Assembly (NCBI GenBank): GCA_944372095.1
Contig: CALVYG010000004.1
Span: 7,504 to 71,503 of the forward strand
Direction: 5' to 3'
Length of the DNA: 64,000 bases
Source of the DNA: an uncultured Clostridia bacterium
Lineage (GTDB): Bacteria > Bacillota > Clostridia > Christensenellales > DTU072
Positions 47,701 to 61,986 of this stretch are shown here, piece by piece. The notes beneath the pieces were generated by a model that ran no database searches, was not told the origin of the DNA, and was given only the letters and a program-made list of their open reading frames with translations. The translations under genes and the position numbers were made by a program. Each line of letters begins with the position of its first letter. Position 1 is the stretch's first letter.

Positions 47701-49276
47701 TGGAAACAGTTCAGAAAATAATATAAAGCTCAATTTAGGCAGAGAAAATAACGCATTTGCATTGTATCGGGATAATGAAATACTTGCCGCATACGAAAGC
47801 GGAATTGCGTATATAGACTGGTTCGGAATGGATTTGAGCGCAATTTCGTCGGGAATAGACTCTTTATGCGGTAGCTTATTCGAAGAATTCTGCTCCGGTA
47901 CGGAAATGCTGCTCGGAGAATTATTAAATCCCGAAACAGAAGATATTCTGATTAGTATTATGTCGTTGTTTACGTTTGAAGCCGAAACGGTAAATGACGA
48001 AGTGAGATATAAGTTTACTCTTTCCGAAAGCAACACGCGTGAAATAATTAACTCATTAAAAAACGTTTTAAGTTCGGACGACGCAAGAATTATTTCAAAG
48101 GTTTTCGAAATATTCGAAAGTGTAACCGGTTTCGATTTCGAATCGGATTTTTCGGCAGAGTTTGTATTCGGAATGAACGAAGAGGGAGAAACGAGGTATT
48201 TCGAATTCAGCGCAAGACAAGATATGGACAAATACAGTTTGGGATTGCGCATAAACGAATTCGGGAACCACTATATTGAACTTGACGGAACGGACGAACT
48301 TATCATAGAGAATAAGGACGTAACAGGAAGCATTGAAATCACAATGCCGAAAACAAATATGAATATGAATATGAAGATTGATTATACTTTGCACCTCGGA
48401 GACGGATTCAAGCGGCAAGGAAATTCGCTGCTTAGCGGAAAAGCGTATATCGAAGGAATTTTTGTCGGAGAAATTGCGCTTACGAACGATGCGCTGTATT
48501 TTGATTTCAATCTTGACTCGTACATCGGAAGCAAAATCGACGGATTCGGCGGCGGAGCCGTGTTCAGAGGAGGAACGGAAGGGTTTAATTTATGCGAAGA
48601 AATAAACAATATGTTCTCTTCCGGAGTTTACGGCACAGAAAGCGCGTATAACGCCGGAACAGAGGGAACGGCAGGGGCAGATAACGCGGTTTCGTTCTCG
48701 GTTACGGAATTATTGATAAAAGTTTTATCGGAAAACGCGAGATACTTTTATTCAACAGATAATAATGCCGACGATTATTTTGCGGGAATAAAGATATTTA
48801 ATTCCCTTACATCCGATTCGCTTGTTTACGTAATAACGGAAACTCTGGGGACGATGCAAAACGGAGATAACTATTCAGACAGTGCTTATGATTATTCCGA
48901 GATTATAAACAGGATAATCGATTTGACGGAAAGTGCGAATAATACGTTGATAACCGAATACGGGCTTGCAAGCGATTTCGATTTGGCGGAAATACTGTTC
49001 GGTGTAAACGCGGAGGAAATAACAAACAAGTTGTATCTTGAAGTCGGCGGGCTCGGACAAAACAGTTCCAATGAAATAAAGTTCAGATTTACTCCCGTTG
49101 TTGACGGCGGAGACGAAGACGCGTATCTTATAATAAGCGTAAGTGCGGAAGCAGTGTTTTCGGATGAAAGTATGACGGTTACCGTTCCGCAGGACGCCGT
49201 ATTCGACGCTTTTACGGAAGAAGACAAGCAAAATATTTTCAAGCCGTTGCTTGAAGCAATTTACGCAAGACAATAA
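44723..49276 (+). CDS. 1517-aa hypothetical lipoprotein (no recognisable domain)
   Basis: RBS AGAGGAG. Signal peptide plus lipobox (SLTTAC|G). Uninterrupted ORF with codon usage like its neighbours. Acidic and Asn/Tyr-rich. Confidence 0.7.
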   Translation: MSGRVVKIGKATVKKILLTVVLLTLIFSLTTACGFMGEEDKKGDGKIPSAEFEIEEIVGLDEFDVDINEKTVSASVSSSTSKFDLGSIKFAGGDELLEYKFYTDESLTEEIKGSEYSLSTGENVFYVTVALKNNPSVKFTYKFVINKEKREGGIEIEIPTVTDDSVIESAEYKYEVPLKTDLTAQELADFIKTNYAEIGAIFVGCGTEEFDNEMDELAKDDNFKIVADMLAESGVSQKTLSSVGLKTAELYDTILSEFKNISNGSGTIEEILKNYLTAENLETVFGTLSGVISEFDADMIITFTDKVLNYGYDGVYNFYLDYNYGTIELTEEEIQGYLNKVGINYDLSLSKELNGKSYIGKILKSNSAVYVIENTLEGIKSVNNADFAALEKTVPLIIEAMENEEGIGGLVSSGTVSYKTLVSAINTLAGFGNVIADGMGDAVRFDTAFNAALEKCFAVGGTKFTGFPTYGWLQTIKFILEKAENVETRVVTDFYLDIDDFSKEQDENKRNEKLGAFIVKAAEWLNADEGVSQTVLYFVTEFIELISEGIPAEKFVDLWEDATMKPLEEFSAGELADIALRIVNAESEYDAIFYGSGMIKINPSESDMKKYVKRYFEYYYFDENIDFDFCDYEFTEKNENIGSIVMSYGTAKYLIYVYLYDPADTDRYIITYQVGNRMMTVDTKYWYNDYFCYSRFEIYLFDKETGYSVNIGDYSDVVYTESDFTSVGVSVTSVEYVSDNFGTVIIPVLYVGYDDNEPYVTGINTNTNVWVPLGAELGDIKVELQYNRLQSGEYVSLDDDMFVVSGFDSSVAGEKSMTVKVGKFINVLNYTVVSEEYILEHNQFNFYGISQYSDSGEYYVGRFEYDAENGVYNLFSVVMPGEQLEFTVGEQNYDVYTLDELTKRFANMGIVLTHNFVSVIDNEQRSFDITLSYIGGEVIDVIHIFDYIVKEDQDEAAIRVVKGLEYIYNAVNDANYTGKLGIDFDVTAYNGNRGNSSENNIKLNLGRENNAFALYRDNEILAAYESGIAYIDWFGMDLSAISSGIDSLCGSLFEEFCSGTEMLLGELLNPETEDILISIMSLFTFEAETVNDEVRYKFTLSESNTREIINSLKNVLSSDDARIISKVFEIFESVTGFDFESDFSAEFVFGMNEEGETRYFEFSARQDMDKYSLGLRINEFGNHYIELDGTDELIIENKDVTGSIEITMPKTNMNMNMKIDYTLHLGDGFKRQGNSLLSGKAYIEGIFVGEIALTNDALYFDFNLDSYIGSKIDGFGGGAVFRGGTEGFNLCEEINNMFSSGVYGTESAYNAGTEGTAGADNAVSFSVTELLIKVLSENARYFYSTDNNADDYFAGIKIFNSLTSDSLVYVITETLGTMQNGDNYSDSAYDYSEIINRIIDLTESANNTLITEYGLASDFDLAEILFGVNAEEITNKLYLEVGGLGQNSSNEIKFRFTPVVDGGDEDAYLIISVSAEAVFSDESMTVTVPQDAVFDAFTEEDKQNIFKPLLEAIYARQ

Positions 49277-49310
49277 TATGTCTGTGAAATTGACCTGAAA
49301 TTATACGCCT

Positions 49311-50447
49311 ATGTTAAGGGGGAGCGGCAGACGACGGGAATACGAATGTAAGTTCAGACGCCCGGACGTCTGCCGTTTTGATTTAAGAAAACGGTTTTTA
49401 TTGAATGTAAAAAAGCGTCTGACAGTTCTCGGCGTCGTATTTGCTTTGTTCTGCTGCGGGTTGACTTTTATGTATTCGCATTTCGACAGGGAACTCGCGT
49501 TATGCGTTTCTCTTGCCAACGCGGAAGTGAATGCGGAAAGCGCGGCGGCGGTCATCGATGCTTTCAAGATTATTCCGGATTTTGAAAAAACGGATTTAGA
49601 CGGTAAAGTATTTTCGGAAAAGATGTTTTCCGCTTTTCAAACTGTTTCTTACGTTTCGGACGAAGGAATAACCGATATTCTGAATTCGTTTATTTATCCG
49701 GAAGAAGCGGAAAAATCCGTTATTGCCGCGTTCGGGTATATGTCTCTTTTTCCGCGTTTTAAGGAAATATATTCCGAGGAATCGAAGTATGGAGGATTGA
49801 TTGACGTTATCAAGGAGAAAGAATCGGAAAAGCTTACGGAAGAAAAAATTTTGCCGTCCGTTGAGCAATTATCCCGTATCATAAGAAATATCGTCGGTAA
49901 AGGTGAAGAAGAATTTGAAAACGCGTGTCTGATTTTATACGGCATCGTTCACGCAAAGAATATTTCGGAGGAAATTTCTTATAAGGATATTTATACTTTA
50001 TACAGATATATATTGGATATTACGGGCGAAACGGATTTCAGGGAACTGAGCGCGCTCGATTTGTTTTTCGGCGAAAATTTTTCGGAAAAAAACGGAGAGG
50101 CGATAAACGGCGTATTGCGGATTTTAAGAGAAGACAGTTTTGAAGAATTCGTATCCGCAGTCGGTTATCTTCCCGATTACGTCGCGTTCAGCATTAATCT
50201 TGCTCATAAATTTTTCAAAAAAAATGCTATATCGATAGAAAGCTTCACGGCAGCATTTACAGATATTGCATACGCGATAAACGGAGAAAACCTTAAAGAG
50301 GATAAAAAAATTGTTTCCGATAAAGTATATTCGGCAATAAAAGAACTTCGTATGTTCGATGCCGACAATCTTTCGGCGGAAGAAAGGGAGGTCGCGGAAA
50401 AGAATATCGGTTATATAACGGGGATATTAGGTTCTTTCGGTCAGTAA
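49311..50447 (+). CDS. Hypothetical single-pass membrane protein
   Basis: N-terminal TM helix (LTVLGVVFALFCCGLTF). No clear RBS, so the start is uncertain. Probably co-transcribed with the 1517-aa gene. Confidence 0.5.
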   Translation: MLRGSGRRREYECKFRRPDVCRFDLRKRFLLNVKKRLTVLGVVFALFCCGLTFMYSHFDRELALCVSLANAEVNAESAAAVIDAFKIIPDFEKTDLDGKVFSEKMFSAFQTVSYVSDEGITDILNSFIYPEEAEKSVIAAFGYMSLFPRFKEIYSEESKYGGLIDVIKEKESEKLTEEKILPSVEQLSRIIRNIVGKGEEEFENACLILYGIVHAKNISEEISYKDIYTLYRYILDITGETDFRELSALDLFFGENFSEKNGEAINGVLRILREDSFEEFVSAVGYLPDYVAFSINLAHKFFKKNAISIESFTAAFTDIAYAINGENLKEDKKIVSDKVYSAIKELRMFDADNLSAEEREVAEKNIGYITGILGSFGQ

Positions 50448-51511
50448 ACGGAAACCACCGCGAAACAGGCGACGGCTTTTCCTTCGCCTATAATTCCCAG
50501 ATTTTCCGTTGTGGTGGCAGAAAGGGATACGGTGCCGCTGTCGACGGCGAGAACGGTTTCCAATTTTTTTTGCATTAAAGGAATAAAATCTTTAAGTTTA
50601 GGTTTCTGAGCTATAACCGTTGCCGAAACGTTATTGATTTTTATGTTTTTACGGTCAATGATTTTTTTGACCGTAAGAAGAAGTTGGGAAGAATCCGCGT
50701 TTTCGAAAGACGGGTCGTTATCGGGGAAGATGACGCCGATATCCCTTTCTGCCGCAGCGGAAAGGAGAGCGTCCATAATAGCGTGAATAACGACGTCGCC
50801 ATCGCTGTGGGCGGTCAATCCCGTCGGGAAAGGGATTTTTATACCGCCGAGAATAAGCGGTTTGCCGTTGTTTGCGAATTGATGTACGTCGAATCCCGAA
50901 CCCGTACGCATATTGTATCCCAATGTGTCGAAAGGCGAGGTTATTTTTTTGTTTACCGCTTCGCCTTCGGTCAGATGAACGGGACGAATTTTGCGGGAAA
51001 AAAGCTCGCTTTCGTCATAACAGAGAGCGTCGCTTGCGTCGTTAAGAGCGGAAATGATTTCGGTTCGGATATAGCCTTGCGGTGTTTGCAGAGTGACATA
51101 ATCTTTTCTGTCAACCGTTATTACGTCGCCGTCTTTAATAAGGCGTAAACTGTCCGTTACCGGAAGATAGGGTACCGATGACCCGTAAAGGACTGTGTCT
51201 GACATGATTTTCAATATAAGGTCGCGCGAAAGAAAAGGCCTTGCTCCGTCGTGAATAAGGACGTATTCGCTTTCTGAGGCGGCAAGCGCGTTCTTTACCG
51301 ATTCGGAACGCGTTTTGCCGCCGGGTACGGTTTTTACGTCGGGAACGGCATAATCGGAATCGGTAGCGACGATTATGTTGTTGATACAGTCTATACCGCG
51401 GAAAGCGTTTACGGTTCTTGCGATTACGGTACTTTCACCGAGTGAAACGGCAAGTTTATCCGTTCCTGCTCTCAACCCTTTTCCGTTGGCGGCAATAATT
51501 ACGTCAAACAT
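50441..51511 (-). CDS. ispDF: Bifunctional IspD/IspF (MEP cytidylyltransferase / MEcPP synthase)
   Basis: N-terminal half has AANGKGLRAG.DK. C-terminal half has GSGFDVHQF...AHSDGDVVIHAIMDALL. ATG 51511 follows AAGGAG; the track's GTG at 51523 abuts the RBS. Confidence 0.85.
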   Translation of the reverse strand: MFDVIIAANGKGLRAGTDKLAVSLGESTVIARTVNAFRGIDCINNIIVATDSDYAVPDVKTVPGGKTRSESVKNALAASESEYVLIHDGARPFLSRDLILKIMSDTVLYGSSVPYLPVTDSLRLIKDGDVITVDRKDYVTLQTPQGYIRTEIISALNDASDALCYDESELFSRKIRPVHLTEGEAVNKKITSPFDTLGYNMRTGSGFDVHQFANNGKPLILGGIKIPFPTGLTAHSDGDVVIHAIMDALLSAAAERDIGVIFPDNDPSFENADSSQLLLTVKKIIDRKNIKINNVSATVIAQKPKLKDFIPLMQKKLETVLAVDSGTVSLSATTTENLGIIGEGKAVACFAVVSVY

Positions 51512-51594
51512 AAATTGATACACTCCTTTAAGGTATATTGCCCGATAAAAAATTGACTGCCGCGTTCAGGTTCCGGCAGTCATTTTTCTTACGT

Positions 51595-51840
51595 TTATTC
51601 AATTATTTCGTAAAGCATACCCGTTCCGTTTTTGGGTACGTTCCCATCCGGGACGTCGAGAACTCTGAAAGTCAGTTTTCTGTCCCCGAACGATACGCAT
51701 ACCACGTCGCCGACTTTAACGTCTTTTGAAGGCTTTGCGTCTTTCCCGTTAACGGTTACTCTGTCGCGGGAACAAGCTTCGTTTGCAACGGTACGCCGTT
51801 TTATTATTCTCGCTACTTTAAGAAACTTGTCTAACCTCAT
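51595..51840 (-). CDS. S4-domain RNA-binding protein (YaaA/Hsp15-like)
   Basis: MRLDKFLKVARIIKRRTVA...V.VNG S4 motif. ATGA overlap with the upstream gene. Confidence 0.75.
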   Translation of the reverse strand: MRLDKFLKVARIIKRRTVANEACSRDRVTVNGKDAKPSKDVKVGDVVCVSFGDRKLTFRVLDVPDGNVPKNGTGMLYEIIE

Positions 51841-52796
51841 TTTTGTTTTTCAAGTTTCTTGGCAGCTTTTCTTTTAGCTTTTTCCGCTTCCTCTTGTTCA
51901 AGTTTTTCGTTATGTAATTGAGCTTTTTCTTTTGCGATAGCGTCTTTTTCTTCTAAAACGGCTAATTTAGCTTTGGATTTTTCGATAACGGCAACGTCTC
52001 CGTTACTTGCTTCGAGTTTTTCGATTTTGGCTTTCATTTTCTTGATTCTGTCGCCGGTCCAGTCGCGCATTACGACGAATTTATTTCCGATGAAGCTTAG
52101 AACGAGAGCAGTCATACCGCCGGCAAAGGTTCCCGTAAGAGTGATAAGCAAGCTTACGAATCCGTTGGGGTCGGCGCCCGCGTTGGCGTTTCTGTACGCT
52201 TCGAAACAAGGAGTGGTTACCCAACCGGGGATAAGAGTCTGGAAAATCGTTATGGCTACAGCCATTATGATATAAAGAGTTACCGAAACGGCAATATTAT
52301 TTGTAGAACGGAAAGTTTTCTTTCTGTTAAGGATATAAGTCATAGTCTGACCGACAACCGCTCCAGCCATAAATCCGATAAATTCCGCTTTGGTTTCGCC
52401 GGTAAAGACGAACCACTTGAAACCCGAACCGGGGCCGAGAGCCGGTACGTAAACCAATGTATATTGCAAAAGGAACTGAGTGATAAGCTGTCCCGCTCCG
52501 CAAAGGATACTGAACAGGAAGAACATAACCATCTGACGGACGTCGGGGTATTTTTCGAGTACGTCAAAGAAAAATCTGATTTTTGCTTTCAAACCTTTCT
52601 GTTCTTTCATTCCGGCGAAAGGACCGGGTTTCTTTTCGCTGTCGGACAGGTCCGTTGCAACGGCTTCGCCTGCCGCGGCTACTTCGGCTGTTTCCGAGGG
52701 TTGAACTGTTTCAACGTTGTCCGAAACGGATTCGGTCTCAACCGTAGAAGCCAGTATTTCTTCATTTTCTACCGGGATTTTGTTTTTTTCTTCCAT
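51837..52796 (-). CDS. GtrA-like 4-TM membrane protein with an acidic N-terminal and a Lys-rich coiled-coil C-terminal extension
   Basis: Four TM helices, with YILNRKKTF and GNKFVVM motifs resembling GtrA. Good RBS. Confidence 0.45.
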   Translation of the reverse strand: MEEKNKIPVENEEILASTVETESVSDNVETVQPSETAEVAAAGEAVATDLSDSEKKPGPFAGMKEQKGLKAKIRFFFDVLEKYPDVRQMVMFFLFSILCGAGQLITQFLLQYTLVYVPALGPGSGFKWFVFTGETKAEFIGFMAGAVVGQTMTYILNRKKTFRSTNNIAVSVTLYIIMAVAITIFQTLIPGWVTTPCFEAYRNANAGADPNGFVSLLITLTGTFAGGMTALVLSFIGNKFVVMRDWTGDRIKKMKAKIEKLEASNGDVAVIEKSKAKLAVLEEKDAIAKEKAQLHNEKLEQEEAEKAKRKAAKKLEKQK

Positions 52797-52944
52797 TTTG
52801 TCGACTCCTGCAAATTTTCGGGCTTATACCCGTTTAATAAACACAAGTATTTTATCACAAACGTCCATATTTTGTCAATAATCAATTTTAACATAACATA
52901 AACGGGTAAGATATAAAAATTATTATAAATTTGCGTAAAAATGT

Positions 52945-52974
52945 TTGACAAGGGGAAAAAGGGTGATGTATAAT
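52945..52974 (+). promoter_or_regulatory. SigA promoter of rpoBC
   Basis: TTGACA, 18-nt spacer, TATAAT, about 155 nt upstream of rpoB. Confidence 0.65.
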
Positions 52975-53129
52975 GCTACAATGCTTGAATAAAATGCATA
53001 ATTATACCCTAACCCCCGATAAAGGAACTTTCGGGGATTGGGGTTATTTGCGGAATTTAGCACAAAACTTAACATTTTGCGAAAAAAGTGTTTGAATAGA
53101 AGAATTTATTTATTTTAAGGAGCGATGCG

Positions 53130-56100
53130 ATGTCTCAAAGAATTCACAAGATTATGTGCGGCAAAACCGAAAGATGGAGCTTCTCGAAGATTAAACCTAT
53201 ACTCGATATGCCATATCTTATCGAAGTACAGAAAGAATCTTACGATGCGTTCGTCCGTGACGGAATAAGGGAAGTATTCGAAGATTTTTCACCGATAACC
53301 GATTACAGCGGAAAATTCGAACTGGAATTTCTCAATCATACGACCGACGGTCCGTGTAAATATACAATAGACGAATGTAAAGAGAGGGACGCAACGTATA
53401 CGTTTCCGTTGCACGTAACGGTGAGATTGACGTTTAAGGATACCGGCGTAATGCAGGAAAAGAACATCTTTATGGGGGATATCCCGAAGATGACCGATAA
53501 GGGCACGTTTATAATAAACGGAGCGGAAAGGGTAGTCGTAAGCCAGCTTGTAAGGAGCCCGGGAGTATATACCGTGGGCGTTTCCGACAAGAACGGCGTA
53601 AAGCGTTATAACACAACGGTAATACCTACGCGCGGAGCGTGGCTCGAATTCGAACAGGACGCGTCGAACGTTCTTTCGGTAAGAGTCGATAAGAACAGAA
53701 AAATAACCGCCACGGTGTTGTTGCGTGCATTGGGATACGGAACAAACGAAGAACTGTTCGAGCTTTTCGACAACGACCCGATGATAGTTGCAACGGCGGC
53801 AAAAGACGCCGATACGAACACGATGCAGCTTGCAAAATACGAATTGTACCGTCGTATGAAACCCGGCGAAACACCGACGGATAACGGCGTTGAAATTCTT
53901 ATTAAAAATACGTTTTACGATTCAAGAAGGTACGACATACACCATGTCGGAAGATATAAGTACAATAAGAAACTTTCGATAGAATCGAGAATTTTCGGCA
54001 GAACGCTTACCCGCGACGCCATATCTCCCGACGGAGAAGTCATTGCGGAAGCGGGCGAATATATAGACGACGTAAAAGCGAAGGCTATCCAGAACGCGGG
54101 AATAAACGTTGTTTACGTATCGACGGAAAAAGACGAAACCGAAGGCGGAGAGAAAGAGTTCAAGATAATAGGAAACAACGTCGTGGACCTCGGGGCGTTT
54201 GTTTCGTTCGACCCTGCGGAAGTCGGAATAAAGGAAAAAGTATATTACCCCGCATTGGTGCAACTGCTCGAAACTTATGCGGACGACGAGGAAGCGCTTA
54301 AAGCGGCGATAGCTGCGGCGAAAGACGAACTTGTCGTAAACCACATAACTCTCGACGATATAGTCGCTACGGTAAATTACAATCTTTCGATGCGTTACGG
54401 ATTTTATCAGGTAGACGACATCGACCACCTTTCGAACAGAAGGGTACGTTCGGTCGGAGAACTGCTTCATAATCAGTTCCGTATAGGAATAGCAAGACTC
54501 GAAAGGGTAGTGAAAGAAAGAATGAGCATAGTGCAGGACCCGACGGAAGTTACGCCCCAATCGCTTATAAATATCCGTCCCGTATCGAGCGCGATAAGAG
54601 AATTTTTCGGAAGCAGCCAGCTGTCGCAGTTTATGGACCAGCCCAACCCGATAGCGGAACTTACGCATAAACGTAAACTGTCGGCGCTCGGTCCCGGCGG
54701 ACTGAACCGTGACCGTGCTGGATTCGAAGTGCGTGACGTACACCATTCGCATTACGGAAGAATGTGCCCGATAGAAACTCCGGAAGGACAGAACATCGGA
54801 CTTATCACGTCGCTGAGTTCCTATGCAAAAATAAACGAGTACGGATTTATCGAAGCGCCGTACCGCAGAGTCGATAAAAACACGCATATAGTAACGGACG
54901 AGGTATCGTATCTTACCGCAGACGAAGAAGATAAATACGTAGTAGCGCAGGCAAACGAACCGCTGGACGAAAACAGCAGATTCGTAAACGACAGAGTAAT
55001 CTGCCGTTACCGCGACGATATAAAAGAATTCCCGTCTGAAAGAGTAGATTATATGGACGTAGACCCGAAACAGCTGGTATCGGTAGCGGCAAGTCTTATA
55101 CCGTTCCTTGAAAACGACGACGCGAACCGTGCGCTGATGGGAAGCAACATGCAAAGACAGGCAGTACCGCTGCTTCGTCCGGAAGCGCCGATAGTCGGAA
55201 CGGGAATGGAACATAAAGTAGCTTACGACAGCGGCGTATGCGTAATAGCGAAGCGCAGCGGTGTGGTAAAAAGCGTTACCGCGGACGAAATAGTAGTTAC
55301 CGCGGACGAGGGCGGAGAAGACGTATACGAACTTCTCAAATTCAAGAGAAGCAACCAGGATACCTGCGTAAACCAGAAACCGATAGTGAGTAAACACGAC
55401 AGAGTGCTGAAAGGCGAAGTACTGAGCGACGGACCTGCCACGCAGAACGGAGAACTTGCGCTCGGAAGGAACGTGCTTATCGGGTTTATGACCTGGGAAG
55501 GTTATAACTACGAGGACGCAATACTGATAAGCGAAGAACTCGTTAAACACGATTTATTCACGACAATCCATATAGAAGAATACGAACTGGAAGCGCGCGA
55601 TACGAAACTCGGCGAAGAAAACATTACGAGAGATATTCCGAACGTAAGCGACGATTTACTTAAAAATCTCGACGAAGAAGGAATAGTAATGATAGGTTCG
55701 GAAGTCAAGAGCGGAGATTATCTTGTAGGAAAAGTCACGCCGAAAGGAGAAACCGAACTTACGCCGGAAGAAAGACTTTTAAGAGCGATATTCGGAGAGA
55801 AATCGAGAGAAGTAAGAGACGTATCGTTGAAAGTACCGCACGGCTGCGGAGGAATAGTAGTGGGAGTCAAGATACTCACGAGAGAGAATAAAGACGAACT
55901 TGACCCCGGCGTAAACAAACTTATAAGAGTATATATAGCGCAGAAGAGAAAGATATCCGTCGGAGACAAGATGGCGGGACGTCACGGGAACAAGGGCGTA
56001 ATATCGAGGGTATTGCCGAAAGAAGATATGCCGTTCCTTGCGGACGGAACGCCTTTGCAGATAGTGCTGAACCCGTTAGGCGTGCCTTCGCGTATGAACA

Positions 56101-57083
56101 TCGGACAGGTTCTCGAAGTGCATCTCGGATTAGTGGCGAAGATGCTCGGAATAAAAGTTGCGACTCCCGTATTCGACGGCGCGACGGAAAACGATATAAA
56201 AGACTTGTTTATGCAGAACGGTCTTGCGAAAAAAGACTGCGACGGAAATATATTCGTTGACGGCAAGGTTCAGTTATACGACGGAAGAACGGGCGAACCG
56301 TTTGAAAATCAGGTAACCGTCGGATATATGTATATGTTGAAACTGAACCACTTGGTAGATGACAAAATCCATGCAAGAAGCACGGGTCCGTACAGCCTTG
56401 TCACGCAACAGCCTCTGGGAGGAAAAGCGCAGTTCGGCGGACAGCGTTTCGGTGAAATGGAAGTGTGGGCGCTCGAAGCGTACGGAGCAAGTCATATTTT
56501 GCAGGAAATACTTACCGTCAAATCGGACGACATCGTCGGAAGACAAAAAGTATTCGACAGTATAATAAAGAACAACGTGACGACGGAACCCGGAATACCG
56601 GAAGCGTTCAAGGTATTGAAAAAAGAAATACAGGCGCTCGGACTGGAAGTCAGACTGTTCACCGACGACAACGAGGAAATCAAACTTCCCGAAACGTACG
56701 AAGACGAAAGAGAATTCGACAGACCTATGCGTCCCGTTAAAGAAGAGGTGCAGGAAGTCGATTTGTTCGAGAACGAAGCGAAAGAAGAATATGCAAAAGA
56801 CAAACTGTACGATGACGACGATACGCTCGGATTAGGCGGAATGTCCGATTACGGCGATATACTCGGCGGAAGCGGACTTGCGCAGAACGAATTCGACCTC
56901 GGGGACATTCTCGGCGACGGAAGCGAATTTATGAATATGGCGAAGAACGATTTCGACGATTCGGAAGACGAAGAAGACGAGGAAGACGAATTGAAGAAAC
57001 TTATGGGTGCGGAGGAAGTCGACGATACCGGAATGGATAACGAAGACCTTCTGAACAACACTTTCGACGATAACGAAATATAA
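53130..57083 (+). CDS. rpoB: DNA-directed RNA polymerase subunit beta (with a ~140-aa acidic C-terminal tail)
   Basis: [46 protein letters not shown]. Confidence 0.97.
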   Translation: MSQRIHKIMCGKTERWSFSKIKPILDMPYLIEVQKESYDAFVRDGIREVFEDFSPITDYSGKFELEFLNHTTDGPCKYTIDECKERDATYTFPLHVTVRLTFKDTGVMQEKNIFMGDIPKMTDKGTFIINGAERVVVSQLVRSPGVYTVGVSDKNGVKRYNTTVIPTRGAWLEFEQDASNVLSVRVDKNRKITATVLLRALGYGTNEELFELFDNDPMIVATAAKDADTNTMQLAKYELYRRMKPGETPTDNGVEILIKNTFYDSRRYDIHHVGRYKYNKKLSIESRIFGRTLTRDAISPDGEVIAEAGEYIDDVKAKAIQNAGINVVYVSTEKDETEGGEKEFKIIGNNVVDLGAFVSFDPAEVGIKEKVYYPALVQLLETYADDEEALKAAIAAAKDELVVNHITLDDIVATVNYNLSMRYGFYQVDDIDHLSNRRVRSVGELLHNQFRIGIARLERVVKERMSIVQDPTEVTPQSLINIRPVSSAIREFFGSSQLSQFMDQPNPIAELTHKRKLSALGPGGLNRDRAGFEVRDVHHSHYGRMCPIETPEGQNIGLITSLSSYAKINEYGFIEAPYRRVDKNTHIVTDEVSYLTADEEDKYVVAQANEPLDENSRFVNDRVICRYRDDIKEFPSERVDYMDVDPKQLVSVAASLIPFLENDDANRALMGSNMQRQAVPLLRPEAPIVGTGMEHKVAYDSGVCVIAKRSGVVKSVTADEIVVTADEGGEDVYELLKFKRSNQDTCVNQKPIVSKHDRVLKGEVLSDGPATQNGELALGRNVLIGFMTWEGYNYEDAILISEELVKHDLFTTIHIEEYELEARDTKLGEENITRDIPNVSDDLLKNLDEEGIVMIGSEVKSGDYLVGKVTPKGETELTPEERLLRAIFGEKSREVRDVSLKVPHGCGGIVVGVKILTRENKDELDPGVNKLIRVYIAQKRKISVGDKMAGRHGNKGVISRVLPKEDMPFLADGTPLQIVLNPLGVPSRMNIGQVLEVHLGLVAKMLGIKVATPVFDGATENDIKDLFMQNGLAKKDCDGNIFVDGKVQLYDGRTGEPFENQVTVGYMYMLKLNHLVDDKIHARSTGPYSLVTQQPLGGKAQFGGQRFGEMEVWALEAYGASHILQEILTVKSDDIVGRQKVFDSIIKNNVTTEPGIPEAFKVLKKEIQALGLEVRLFTDDNEEIKLPETYEDEREFDRPMRPVKEEVQEVDLFENEAKEEYAKDKLYDDDDTLGLGGMSDYGDILGGSGLAQNEFDLGDILGDGSEFMNMAKNDFDDSEDEEDEEDELKKLMGAEEVDDTGMDNEDLLNNTFDDNEI

Positions 57084-57093
57084 GAGGTGAGAT

Positions 57094-60711
<3,618 letters not shown>

Positions 60712-60732
60712 TCCGTAAAAGAAGAGAGAAGC

Positions 60733-60785
60733 GGGAGAGCGTGCGTTTCGGGTAACCAAACAATAAACGACGGTCTCCCTTTTTC
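60733..60785 (+). terminator. Probable terminator after rpoC (long, imperfect hairpin)
   Basis: GGGAGA...TCTCCC closing stem with inner GTTT/AAAC pairing, followed by TTTTT. Confidence 0.5.
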
Positions 60786-60804
60786 GTAAATAAAGGAGAA
60801 TAAA

Positions 60805-61986
60805 ATGAACAGATTTTTCACGTCCGAAAGCGTAACGGAAGGGCATCCGGACAAAGTATGCGACCAGATAAGCGACGCGATACTGGACGAAATATTAAAG
60901 CAGGACAAGAATGCCAGAGTAGCATGCGAATGTTGCTGTAAGGAAGATTTTCTTTTGGTGATGGGAGAAATAACCACGACTGCAAAAGTCGATATCGACA
61001 AAACGGCGAGGGAAACCATAAAGGAAATCGGATACGACAAAGACGAATACGGATTCAATTATAAAACCGTGGAAATAGAACAGAGAGTCAGCAAGCAGTC
61101 GCCCGATATAGCGATGGGAGTAGACAGCAGCGAAGAGCACAGAAGCGAAGGTAAATCGGACAGGTTCGATATGCTCGGAGCCGGGGACCAGGGATTGATG
61201 TTCGGATATGCGGGAAGCGAAACGGAAGAGTATATGCCGCTGGCAATCACGCTCAGCCACAGGCTTTGCAAAAAACTTGCGGAAGTGAGGAAAAAGGGCG
61301 AGGTAGACTATCTGAGACCCGACGGAAAAGCGCAGGTAACGGTTGAATATAACGAAAAAGGCGAGCCGTACCGAGTGGATACGGTAGTGCTGTCTACGCA
61401 GCACGATGAAGATATCGACGAAGAAAGACTTCGCAGCGATATGAAAAACCTTGTTATACTGCCTACAATCGATAAAAAGCTTATAGACGAAAAGACGAAA
61501 TTTTACATAAATCCGACCGGGAGATTCATTGTCGGCGGACCGAAAGGAGACAGCGGTCTGACGGGAAGGAAAATTATCGTAGATACATACGGAGGATTCA
61601 TACCGCACGGAGGAGGATGTTTCAGCGGAAAGGACCCGACAAAGGTGGACAGAAGCGCGACGTATTACGCAAGATACGTAGCAAAAAATCTTGTCGCGAG
61701 CGGAGCCTGTAAAGAATGCGAGATACAGGTAGCGTACGCAATCGGAAGAGCGCATCCCGTCAGTATAGACGTAAACACTTCGGGAACGGGAATAATCGGA
61801 GACGATAAACTTGCCGAAATAGTGGGGAAAGTATTCGATTTCAGACCGATGGCGATAATAACCGAATTGGGGCTTGATAAGCCGCAATACGCGCCGACCG
61901 CAAGATACGGACATTTCGGAAATCCGTCGTATGCGTGGGAAAAAACGGATAAAACGGAGGAAATAAAAAAGCTTCTGAATAAATGA
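60805..61986 (+). CDS. metK: S-adenosylmethionine synthase
   Basis: [41 protein letters not shown]. Confidence 0.95.
   Translation: MNRFFTSESVTEGHPDKVCDQISDAILDEILKQDKNARVACECCCKEDFLLVMGEITTTAKVDIDKTARETIKEIGYDKDEYGFNYKTVEIEQRVSKQSPDIAMGVDSSEEHRSEGKSDRFDMLGAGDQGLMFGYAGSETEEYMPLAITLSHRLCKKLAEVRKKGEVDYLRPDGKAQVTVEYNEKGEPYRVDTVVLSTQHDEDIDEERLRSDMKNLVILPTIDKKLIDEKTKFYINPTGRFIVGGPKGDSGLTGRKIIVDTYGGFIPHGGGCFSGKDPTKVDRSATYYARYVAKNLVASGACKECEIQVAYAIGRAHPVSIDVNTSGTGIIGDDKLAEIVGKVFDFRPMAIITELGLDKPQYAPTARYGHFGNPSYAWEKTDKTEEIKKLLNK

Noticed and set aside
53922-55550. 542-aa ORF antisense to rpoB. Similar long antisense ORFs occur at 58222-59400 (rpoC), 26319-27545 (guaB), 60895-61914 (metK), 41668-42585 (gdhA), 12726-13418 and 14553-15197 (mfd).
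   Set aside because: They lie fully inside well-supported conserved genes on the other strand. Their translations are low-complexity (R/F/Y/V/S-rich), and they have no RBS. They are an expected by-product of codon bias that depletes stop codons on the antisense frame.
60712-60804. SAM riboswitch upstream of metK.
   Set aside because: The gap is only 93 nt and is mostly one long hairpin plus T5, which looks like the rpoC terminator. I found none of the S-box (GAGGGA...GCAACC), SMK-box or SAM-II-like motifs.
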